64,000 bases of DNA from Clostridia bacterium (GTDB lineage: Bacteria > Bacillota > Clostridia > TANB77 > CAG-465): positions 55,542 through 119,541 of the forward strand of contig JAQSXK010000002.1 in assembly GCA_029256705.1 (NCBI GenBank). The letters run 5' to 3'. The position numbers and the translations under genes are program-made. The notes beneath the pieces are model-generated. The model did not search any database, had not been told where the DNA came from, and saw nothing but the letters and a program-made list of their open reading frames with translations. Shown here in pieces: positions 30,337-41,000 of this stretch. Within the stretch, counting starts at the first letter, position 1. The number at the start of each line of letters is the position of its first letter.

Positions 30337-31803
30337 ATGAGAAGAACAAAAATAGTTGCAACTATTGGACCTGCTAGTCAAGAAGAAGATATTTTCGAAA
30401 AATTGATTCATGCAGGAGTAAACGTTATGAGACTTAACTTTTCTCATGGAGATCATGAAGAACATTTAGGGAAAGTTAAGACATTAAAAAAATTAAACGA
30501 AAAATTAGGTACATCAGTAGCATTCTTACTTGATACAAAAGGACCAGAAATTCGTACTGGTGTATTTGCTGATGGTAAAAAACATGAATTCAAAAAAGGA
30601 AGCAAAATTACAGTAACAGCTGACGATGTTCCATGCACAGATGAAGTAATATCTATGTCATACAAAGACATTGCAAAGGATGTTAAAGTTGGTGGATATA
30701 TTTTAATCGCTGATGCCTTACTTGAATTACACATTGATAGCATTGAAGGAAATAATATCCAATGTACAGTTTTAAATACTGGTGTTATAGGAAACAGAAA
30801 AAATGTTAATCTTCCAGGTGCAAAAGTTAATTTAGAAGCACTTACAGAAAAAGATATTGAAGATGTTAAATTTGCAGTTGAAAATGATTTCGATTACATA
30901 GCAGCTTCATTTGTTAGAAAACCTTCAGATGTTCTAGCACTTAGAAATCTATTACATTCTTTAGGAAATACAGAAATTAAAATAATATCTAAGATTGAAA
31001 ACCAAGAAGGATTAGATAACTTTGATGAAATATTAAAAGTTACTGATGGTATAATGGTTGCTCGTGGTGATCTAGGTAGTGAAATTGATATAGCAGATCT
31101 TCCAGCTGCTCAAAAAATAATGATCAGAAAAACAGTTACTGCTGGAAAACCTGTTATAACTGCAACACAAATGCTAGAATCTATGCAAAACAATCCAAGA
31201 CCTACTCGTGCAGAAGTTTCTGACGTTGCAAATGCAGTTTATGATGGTAGTAGTGCTGTAATGCTTTCTGGTGAATCAGCTCAAGGATCTTATCCTTTAG
31301 AAACAGTTACTATAATGGCTAAAATAGCTGAAAAATCTGAGCAAAACATAGATTATTGGAAAAGATTTAAAAAGAAAAACTTAGAAAAATTAACTACAAC
31401 AGTTGCTGATGTAGATGTAAACGATGCATATGAATTTAAGAAACAAGCTAACTTTGCTGTTTGTTGTTCTGCAATGTTTTCCAACGCAGATGCAATAATT
31501 GCTGTATCTGAACATGGTCAAACTCCATCTATGTTATCTAGTTTTAAACCTGCTTGTCCTATTTATGTAATAACAGCTAATTTACATACATACAGACAAA
31601 TGTCATTAGAACACGGTGTTAAAGCAGTTCATATTCCAGAAGAATATAACTTTGATACTATATTAAAATTAGGAATACAAAAATTAAAAGATATGAATTT
31701 ATTAAAAGATGATGATACAGTTGTTCTAAGTGGTGGATTTCCACAAACTTCTAAAGAAGAATTTTTAGCTGGTCATGCAACTGGTTGTATTATAAAAATA
31801 TAA
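30337..31803 (+). CDS. pyk: pyruvate kinase
   Basis: MRRTKIVATIGPAS start, MVARGDLG active-site region, 488 aa (no PEP-utilizer extension). Confidence 0.95.
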   Translation: MRRTKIVATIGPASQEEDIFEKLIHAGVNVMRLNFSHGDHEEHLGKVKTLKKLNEKLGTSVAFLLDTKGPEIRTGVFADGKKHEFKKGSKITVTADDVPCTDEVISMSYKDIAKDVKVGGYILIADALLELHIDSIEGNNIQCTVLNTGVIGNRKNVNLPGAKVNLEALTEKDIEDVKFAVENDFDYIAASFVRKPSDVLALRNLLHSLGNTEIKIISKIENQEGLDNFDEILKVTDGIMVARGDLGSEIDIADLPAAQKIMIRKTVTAGKPVITATQMLESMQNNPRPTRAEVSDVANAVYDGSSAVMLSGESAQGSYPLETVTIMAKIAEKSEQNIDYWKRFKKKNLEKLTTTVADVDVNDAYEFKKQANFAVCCSAMFSNADAIIAVSEHGQTPSMLSSFKPACPIYVITANLHTYRQMSLEHGVKAVHIPEEYNFDTILKLGIQKLKDMNLLKDDDTVVLSGGFPQTSKEEFLAGHATGCIIKI

Positions 31804-31828
31804 TCTTAAAATTATAAGTTTATGTGTA

Positions 31829-31866
31829 AAAAGTTATATTTTTTGATTAAAATATAACTTTTTGCT
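31829..31866 (+). terminator. rho-independent terminator after pyk
   Basis: AAAAGTTATATTTT-ttgatt-AAAATATAACTTTT 14-bp perfect stem followed by T-run. Confidence 0.6.
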
Positions 31867-31946
31867 TATTATACATTGATTATTTGTATTTTTTATGTTA
31901 CAATATATAAGTAATTATTTAAATCAATTAAAGGGGGCAATTTAAA

Positions 31947-32138
31947 ATGGCAAAATGTGAAATATGTTCAAAAGACGTTAAATTCTCACTTCAAGTGAGC
32001 CACTCAAATAGAAAAACTGCTAGAACTTATAAACCTAACATACAAACTGTTAGAACTAACGCTGGTGGAAACACAACTAAAAAAGTAAGCGTTTGTACTA
32101 GATGTTTAAAAAGTGGAAAAGTTGAAAGAGCAATATAA
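31947..32138 (+). CDS. rpmB: 50S ribosomal protein L28
   Basis: 63 aa; MAKCEICSKD...SHSNRKT...VCTRCLKSG with the zinc-ribbon Cys pairs typical of L28; RBS AAGGGGG. Confidence 0.9.
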   Translation: MAKCEICSKDVKFSLQVSHSNRKTARTYKPNIQTVRTNAGGNTTKKVSVCTRCLKSGKVERAI

Positions 32139-32310
32139 TTGTATAAAAGATGTATGATTTTAAATTATACTTCTTTTTTTATGCAAAAATAATATAAAAT
32201 TGAAAAAACTACTAATAATAGAAAAAGAAGAACTTTAAATTAAGTTCTTCTTTTATGTATGTTAAACTTTAAAAATTGTTTTAAATATAAGTCTCATAAA
32301 CTTACCTGGC

Positions 32311-32502
32311 TTATATACAACTATCTTCATATATAATTCCTCCTTCATTTAGCATAAGAACCATGAAATGCCGAAGTATTATAAGAGCTGCTGCTACTAG
32401 TACGATCCATCCCCAAAATGGTAATAATAGTGCTAGTATTACTCCAATTCCTAATGCTAACATAAATAATCCTATCGTCTTTCTAAATACTCCAACAAAC
32501 AT
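32311..32502 (-). CDS. small two-TM membrane protein, hypothetical
   Basis: 63-aa ORF with two hydrophobic helices. Confidence 0.3.
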   Translation of the reverse strand: MFVGVFRKTIGLFMLALGIGVILALLLPFWGWIVLVAAALIILRHFMVLMLNEGGIIYEDSCI

Positions 32503-32590
32503 TTATTACACTTCCTCCTTGACTTTAGATTAAATATATAGTAATATATTTAATATATAATATGAAAATATTAAACTATAGGTGAATATA

Positions 32591-33235
32591 ATGAGTAGAA
32601 ACTTACAAACAAAAAAAGAAATTAATGAAATAATTGAAATATTGAAACAAGCATATCCAGAAGCTAAATGTAGATTAAATTATGAATCTCCTCTACAACT
32701 TGTAGTCGCACTAATACTAGCTGCGCAATGTACTGATGATATGGTTAATAAGGTAGTTCCTATCTTGTTTAATAAATATCCTAGCGCTAAGTGTTTAGCA
32801 AATGCTGATTTATCTGATATAGAAAAAATAGTAAGACCTTGCGGATTTTACTTAACAAAGGCAAAAAATATCCAACTTACTGCAAGAAGTATATTTGAAA
32901 ATTATAACAATACTATTCCTGACAGTATGGAAGAATTAACTAAACTATATGGAATAGGAAGAAAAAGTTCAAATATAATTCTTCAAGAATGCTATAACAA
33001 AACCGAAGGAATTGCTGTAGATACACATGTATCTAGAACATCAAAAAGAATAGGTTTTACCAGAAGTGATATACCACTGAAGCAAGAACAAGAGTTAATA
33101 AAGAAAGTAGATAAAAAATATTTTAATAAATTAAATCACATATTAGTGTTTCATGGTAGAGCAATATGCATCTCTCGTAAGCCTAAATGTGACATATGTC
33201 CTATTGAAGATAGATGCAAAAAAGTGGGTATTTAA
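32591..33235 (+). CDS. nth: endonuclease III (DNA glycosylase/AP lyase)
   Basis: HhH-GPD fold (LYGIGRKSSNII), catalytic Lys region, C-terminal [4Fe-4S] loop CISRKPKCDICPIEDRC; ATG at 32591 preceded by AGGTGA. Confidence 0.9.
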   Translation: MSRNLQTKKEINEIIEILKQAYPEAKCRLNYESPLQLVVALILAAQCTDDMVNKVVPILFNKYPSAKCLANADLSDIEKIVRPCGFYLTKAKNIQLTARSIFENYNNTIPDSMEELTKLYGIGRKSSNIILQECYNKTEGIAVDTHVSRTSKRIGFTRSDIPLKQEQELIKKVDKKYFNKLNHILVFHGRAICISRKPKCDICPIEDRCKKVGI

Positions 33236-33247
33236 CCCACTTTTTAT
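33218..33247. terminator. bidirectional terminator between nth and the histidine kinase
   Basis: AAAAAAGTGGGT-attta-ACCCACTTTTT overlapping the nth stop codon. Confidence 0.55.
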
Positions 33248-33265
33248 CATTTTATTTTACTTTTT

Positions 33266-35077
33266 CTATTTGATTTCAGTTTTATCTTCATTATTAATTT
33301 CTTGAGCAACTGAAACTTTACTTTCTTCTTTCGCTCTATCTAATAATATATAAAATGTAGTACCTTGTCCCTCAGAAGATTCAAATGTTATCTCCCCTGA
33401 AAATTCACCTTTAATAACTGAATATGCAAGATAAAGTCCAAGCCCTGTACCTTTTGTTCCCTTCGTAGTTAATATATTTTTAAATACAAATTCTTTTATA
33501 TTTTCTGGTATTCCACCAGCGTAATCTCTTACTTGAACCATAATCTTATTACTTGGTGCTTTAGTTACAGAAACCTCTATCTTACCACTTTTTTCGTTAT
33601 ATGCTTGAATAGCATTTAAAAACAAGTTAGTAAACACTTGACCTAGTTTTGTAGGATCTCCATAAACACTCAAATCGTCTTCAATGTTTACACTTAATTC
33701 GCATCTGCTTTTTTGAAATTCATTATATGCTATAATTCTTACATCTTCTATGACTTCGCTTATTTTGAAGTTAAATTTCTGATCACTACCTAAATTTCTT
33801 ATCTGATTTCGCATACTGTTAACTATTTTAATGATTTTCTCAGTACAATTACTCATTCTAAATAATAATTCTTTTTCAGTTTCATCCCTAGGTATATACA
33901 TTTCTTGAAGCATTTGTATGCCTGTTTTTATAGCTGAAATAGGAGTATTTATATCATGAGCAACGCCTCCAGCAAGTTCACCTATGGAAACAAGTTGTCC
34001 CTGCTTCACTATAACCTCTTGCTTATCCTCTATTTCTTGTATATCTTTTTTATGTTGGGTTATATCTCTAAACAGTAGTAATGTACCTATATATTCTGAA
34101 TTACTCTTAATTTTTATTGGATGTATATCAACTTCAAAATATTTATTAAACGTTTTATTAATTATGTGATATTCCTCTTTGATTATACTTCCCATCTTTC
34201 TAGATTCTTTTATGTGAATTTTTAAATCTTTCAAATCTAGCAAATTACTCTTTTCAATCATTTCAAATAAATTATCTTCCCTATTTGCTTTTAAAATTTC
34301 TTTAAATATATTTTCAAACGTTAAATTTTTATCCACTATAGTTCCATCATTTGATATTACAATAAATGCATCAGACATTGTATCTATTACTGTTCTAAAG
34401 GCTATTGGTGTTATATTAAGAGCCTTATATTTAAATATTGCGATAGCATAGCAAATAGTTGCAAACATAAATAATACTGGAGTAACATATATTGTCATCG
34501 GTATTATTTTAAAAGTTCCTAAAACATTTGCAAAGAGTGGAACCATACTTCCCAATACAATTAATGCAGTTTGATTAGAAAAGAATCCTGAATTACGAAT
34601 TGACGCATAAATTAATGTAAACAATGCAAAAGTCAATAATACATATGAATATACTGAATGTACTATAAAGTATGGACCTACAACTCCATCACTTATATTA
34701 ATTGAATATTTAACAAAGAATAAATGATGAATATCATTCGTCCATAATACGATTAATGTAACGGTAGGTACTATCAACATCCATAAGATTTTTTTTAAAT
34801 CAAACTCTGGTTTTAAATAAGTCGAAGCCAAGGCCATAAATGCGACTGGTAAATACACCCCCGCCACATATGTTATATAGTCAAAATATATTTGTCCAAC
34901 TCCATTAAATAAAATTTGCAGTATTAGTGCTAATAGATATATTGCTAATAAAGTATATATTAAAATAAACTCTCTATGCAACTTAGTATTATTTTTTCTT
35001 TTTGCTAAATCAATCATCAATCCAAAGCAAGATGTTAATGTAATTAATAATAATAGCAATGTTGTATTAAATATCAT
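33266..35077 (-). CDS. orphan sensor histidine kinase (N-terminal 7TM sensor domain, PAS, HisKA, HATPase_c)
   Basis: Seven hydrophobic helices, then a PAS-like region, H-box GGVAHDINTPISAIKTG, N-box LFLNAIQA, G-boxes GTGLGLYL and GQGTTFYI; AGGAGG RBS 8 nt after the NRPS stop; no response regulator within the window. Confidence 0.85.
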   Translation of the reverse strand: MIFNTTLLLLLITLTSCFGLMIDLAKRKNNTKLHREFILIYTLLAIYLLALILQILFNGVGQIYFDYITYVAGVYLPVAFMALASTYLKPEFDLKKILWMLIVPTVTLIVLWTNDIHHLFFVKYSINISDGVVGPYFIVHSVYSYVLLTFALFTLIYASIRNSGFFSNQTALIVLGSMVPLFANVLGTFKIIPMTIYVTPVLFMFATICYAIAIFKYKALNITPIAFRTVIDTMSDAFIVISNDGTIVDKNLTFENIFKEILKANREDNLFEMIEKSNLLDLKDLKIHIKESRKMGSIIKEEYHIINKTFNKYFEVDIHPIKIKSNSEYIGTLLLFRDITQHKKDIQEIEDKQEVIVKQGQLVSIGELAGGVAHDINTPISAIKTGIQMLQEMYIPRDETEKELLFRMSNCTEKIIKIVNSMRNQIRNLGSDQKFNFKISEVIEDVRIIAYNEFQKSRCELSVNIEDDLSVYGDPTKLGQVFTNLFLNAIQAYNEKSGKIEVSVTKAPSNKIMVQVRDYAGGIPENIKEFVFKNILTTKGTKGTGLGLYLAYSVIKGEFSGEITFESSEGQGTTFYILLDRAKEESKVSVAQEINNEDKTEIK

Positions 35078-35095
35078 ATTTATACCTCCTAATAG

Positions 35096-38000
35096 TTATA
35101 AAAATTTTACTTCTTTTAAATATTCTATATATTTTAAAATATAATTTACGTCGATATTTGGCCATTCAAAATTCAATTCTTTCAAGAAATCTTTAGTAAA
35201 TGTTGATAATACTTTAATATTGGTCTTATATTCTAGTTCCTTATTTTTATTGAGATCTGCAATTATTCCAGATATATCTTCAGATGATTCATTAGAGTTT
35301 AAATACTTTTCCATTAATAAAGTCATATCTTGCTTACTTATAATTTTAATGTCTATTCCAATATTTTTTAATGTGTTTATTACATATCTCATCTTTGCAT
35401 GCTTATCATTAAATAGATGGAATACACTATACTCTCTTGATGTCCTAGCTAACTTCATAACAGCATCAGATGCAAAATCTATTGGTGTAAATTCCATATA
35501 AAAATCCAACAAGTTTTCTGGCATCACTTTTAAATTAATTAATGTTTTTATTCTATTTGCAAATGCATTTTCTTCAACATTTGGTTGGAATTTTCCATCT
35601 GTATATCTTCCAGTTAAATTTCCCATTCTCATTATTTTGGCATTTAATCTATTCTCAGATATCTCGTCAAGTATATATTTATCTGCTATATACTTAGTAT
35701 ATACATATACATTATCTAAGTTTTGCTCTATATATAATTTAGTTTCATCGAATTCTTTCTCTATTCCATCATTCTTTTGTTCAACTTGACCACCTTCAAT
35801 TATATTTCCAGATGTACTTAACGTTGAAATCTGAATTAACCTTTTATCGTATTTTTCACAAAAATTTACAATATTTTTAGTACCCTTTACATTTATTTTA
35901 TAGAATAATTCTAAATTTCCATAATGTTTTACATGTGCTGCAGAATTTATTACTGTATCAATATTTTTACTCAACTTAATATTAGCCTCTTCATCTGCAA
36001 TTATATTTTCATTAGTAATATCGCCTTCAACAACATGTATCCTATTATTAAGTTCATTTTCATATTTATCACCAAAGAAGAAACTCAATATTTCTTTTAT
36101 TCTTGATTCTGGATCTTCACCATTTTTACTTCTTATCAAGCAATATATTTTTCCTTTTTCATTTCTCATAAAATTATCTAATATATGTGCACCTAAAAAT
36201 CCTGTAACGCCTGCAAGAAGTACATTACCTACAGATTGTTCAGTTGGTTTATAATTTTCTAATTTATTATTCTCTAAAATTTTATTTATCTTACTATAAT
36301 CATAATCTGCAATTTCTCCGGATATTGACTCTTTTTTATTTATATTATTTAGCATATCTCCAAGTTCTCTAATAGTAGGATATTTAAAGATATCACCATA
36401 AATAATTTTTATATCCTTTGAAAGCAATTTCATAACCAAACTAGTAACTAGTAATGAATCGCCCCCTATTTCAAAAAAGTTATCATTCATGCCAATGTTT
36501 TCGACATTTAATACTTCTTTAAAACTCTCCGCCAACTCAAAATATATACCATCCAATTTTTCTGTATTACTTATAACATTTAATTTGATATCAGGTAACT
36601 TTGACTTATCTACTTTACCATTTATATTAAGTGGTAAAGTTTCTAATCTCATAAAGTAATTTGGTATCATATATAGAGGTAATTTATTTTTCAAAAAGAT
36701 TCTCAACTTTTGTTCATCTATTAAATTATTACTTGTATAATAACAAACAATACTCTTAACGTTATTTATTTCGTTAACTTGCAAATAGCATTCATTTATT
36801 TCTTTATACTTTAAAACACCCAATTGTATCTCTTCTAGTTCAATCCTAAATCCTCTTATCTTTACTTGCATATCTATCCTGCCTAAGAATTCAATATTTT
36901 TAGTATAACTTAAATATACTAAATCACCAGTCTTATATAAAATCTGATTATTCATTTTTATAAACTTTTCATTAGTCAGTTTTTCTTTATTTAAATATCC
37001 ATTAGAAACTCCATCTCCACCCACTAATAATTCGCCCGGAACATTAATTGGAGATAATAAATTACATTTATCATAGATATAGCATGTAGTATTACTTATT
37101 GGTATTCCTATAGGTATTTTGAATTCAAATCTTTTCTCTATTTTATAATAAGTCGAGAAGCTTGTATTTTCAGTTGGACCATATACACTTAATAAATCTA
37201 TATTTTTATTATTATCTAAAACTAAATTTATATGTTTTGTAGATAGAACTTCACCACCAACAAGTAATGTTCTCACATTATCAAAAATATTTTTATCATA
37301 TTCAACTATATTATTAAACAGTGCTGTTGTCAAAAAAATTACTGTTATATTATTATCAATTAGATACTGTTTTAATATCATTGGATTCAATAAATCGTCT
37401 TTTTTAATTAAATATAAAGTTAACCCATTAAGTAATGCACCAAAACACTCAAATGTAGCTGCGTCAAATGACATTGAACCTGTTTGCAATATTCTATCCG
37501 TATTCTTAAAATCTATATAATTAGTATTTTTTACTAATCTTACAACACTCTTATGCCTTACCATTACACCCTTTGGTTCACCAGTTGTTCCAGAAGTATA
37601 CATTATATAAGCTAAATCATCTATACTACTCTTAATATTTAAGTTTTTATTATCATAATTTTTAAATATATCAAATTTTGAGAATGTACTTTTATTTACT
37701 AAAACTTTAATATTAGAGTCTCTAAAAATATATTCTATTCTTTCTTTAGGATAACTCAGATCCATTGGAAGGTATATTGCTCCACATTTTAAAATTCCCA
37801 ATATTGCTATCATCATCTCAATTGATTTATCCAACATTATAGCTACAACATTACCATTTCTAACATGATTTTCAATTAAGTAATGTGCTAATTGGTTTGC
37901 TTTTTCATTTAGATCTATGTAAGTTAAACTATTATTTTCACATACTACCGCTATTTCATTTGGAGTTAAATCAACCTGTTCTTCAAATAACTGAATTATA

Positions 38001-41000
38001 GTTTTATCTTTAGGATAATTAGTATGTGTGTTATTAAAAGAATTTAAAATAAATTCCTTTTCTTCTTCTGATATTATTTCTACATCTCTTATATTAGCCT
38101 CTTTATTTTTAGTAATAAATTCTAATGCATTTAAAACGTGCATAGAAAATCTTTCGATAGTTTCATCCTTATATAGATTTGTATCATATTCTAAATTTAA
38201 ATCTATTTTTTTATCAGTTGGATATACCTCAAATGTTAAATCAAATTTAGAAGTATTAGTTTTTATTTCATCTATCTCTAATTTTGTATTTTCTAGATAT
38301 ATATCAGGTTTACCTGTATTTTGAAAAACATACATAATATTGAAGATTGGATTTCTTGAACTATCTCTCTTGATTTTTAGATTTTTAACCATTTCTTCGT
38401 ATGTATACGAATTATTTTCTAAAGTTTCTAACATTAAATTCTGAGTTTTTTGTAAGTATTCTTTAAATGATTCATTTAAATCTATTTTTACTCTATAAGG
38501 TAAAGATTTAACGAACATTCCTATTGTATTTAATTCTTGTATATGTCTTCTACCAAATGTTGCTATACCTATAATTATATCCTCGCTATAAGTATATTTA
38601 GATAACACAAAATTAAATATTGCTAAGAACACATTATTCAATGTAACATTATTTTCTTTTGCATATTCAACCAATTTTTCTTTTAATTCTGAATTTATTA
38701 TTTTTTTTATTTTTTTCCCTTCAAAAGACTTGTTACTTTTTCTAGGATAATCAGTATTAATTGAAATTACAGGCAATTCATCACTCAATTTATCTAAAAA
38801 ATATTTCTTAGATTTTGTATACTTACTTTTATCATTTTCTATTTGTATACATTGCCCAAATGTTAATATTTCATTTTTTATTTGTTTATCATTATATACA
38901 TCAATTATATCTTCTATAAGTATATTAATCGACTGCCCATCAAATATTATATGATGAAAATCCATTAAAATATTTATTTTGTCCTCTACTAAATAAAATT
39001 CAATTCTAAACAATCTTCCATTAAGTAAGTCAAACGGTTTTACGAAATTATCTTTTACTTTAATATATTCAATATTACTTAATCTAACAGCATTAATTTT
39101 TATTTTCTGTTTATCAATTTTATAATATAATTTATTTTCTTTCATATCTATTTTAGAAAACAATAATGAATGATTTAAAACACTAGTCTCTATACTTTTT
39201 ATTAATTTATCAACATTTATATTATTATTAAGTTTTATTTCTAAAGGTGTATTGTAGATAATACTTTCTGTATTATAAGAATAATTATTGAATATTGATA
39301 TTTGAGCAGGAGTTAGTAAATATTCCTCCTTTTCAGTAGGTACATTAAATATTTCAGTACTCTGTGAATACACACTTTTTTCTCTTATTCTTTTCTCTAA
39401 CATTTCAATGTTTTCACATTCATAAATATCTGTATAGGTAAAATCTATCTTATATTCATCTGATATTTCCATAGACAGTCTTATTGCGCATAAAGAATCA
39501 ATATTTTTTTTATACGAAGAATCATAATAATCAATGTTATATTTGGATAATATTTTAGATAATTTTTTATCTTTAACATTAATTTTATTAGCCTCGGTTT
39601 TATTATCATTATCTTCTTCGTCTACTAGTTCTATTAATTTTTTTCTATCTGCTTTTCCATTCATATTAAAAGGAATTTCCTCTAAAACGAACAACTCACT
39701 TGGCAACATATATTTTGGTAATGATAAACTTAATTTATCTATAATTTCTTTTTTATTATTAAATTTATCATTTATTGTTACATAACATACAATTTTATCA
39801 ATATTATTAATTTTTTTAACAACAACAGCACTTGACGTTATACAATCAATCATATTAATAGCACTTTCAATTTCTTCTATCTCAATACGTAATCCATTAA
39901 TTTTAATTTGATTATCTATTCTTCTACTATACTCTAAATCTCCATCAAAGTTATATAATACTTCATCACCAGTCTTATATACTTTCATACCAAATAATAT
40001 ATCAAATTTACTTGATACTGCATTATCAACATTTATATATCCTAATCCAACTCCAGCACCTGCTATAGCTAATTCTCCATTAACACCCATCGGTAAAATT
40101 CTATTTTTTCTATCTATTATAAATGATTTAGTATTTGGAATTGGCTTTCCAATGTTAACTTCATCATAACTTTTGATTAATTTCATTGACGAGCATACTG
40201 TAGTTTCTGTTGGGCCATAGCCATTAAATATATCTATATTTTTATCTTGCAGAATATTTAATACATTTTTATTGAATACTTCACCTGCTATTGTCAATCT
40301 CTTTATTGAATTTAGCTTCTCAATGTTATCTTCTTTTTGTAGTATTAAATTCAATTTTGTTGGTGTTATAAACATAACTTCTATAGAATACTTTTCTATA
40401 GTATCTACAATTTTATATGGAGAATTTGATTCTTCATCATTTAAAAATACTAATTTAATTCCGAATAGCAAAGGCGTTATAGTTTCTATAACAAACATAT
40501 CAAAAAAGTATTTTGTAATAGATAATGCTACTTTGCAATAATCAAGTTTTTTTACATCATTAGCAGCAAACATTAAATTAATTAAATTGTTATGTGAAAT
40601 CATAACTCCTTTAGGTTTACCTGTTGTTCCAGAAGTATAAATTACATATACTAAATCTTCTCCTTTATTTACTTTTGTAAGATTATTACTTAAATAATTA
40701 GAGTAATTAAAATTATTTATATTTATGGTTTCAACTTTATTATTAATATTATCTATATTTGTAATTATCAACTTTGAACTGCTATTTTCTAAAATATATT
40801 TTATTCTATCGATTGGGAATTCTGGATCTATAGGTAAATATGCAGCACCAGACTTTAAAATCCCCAATATTGAAATAATCATTTCAAATGATCTTTTAAA
40901 TATTAATGATACGATATCCCCAGATTTTACTTTTTTTTCTTCTCTTAAAAAATGTGCGAGACTATTAGATTTTTCATTTAATTCTAGATATGTCATTTGT

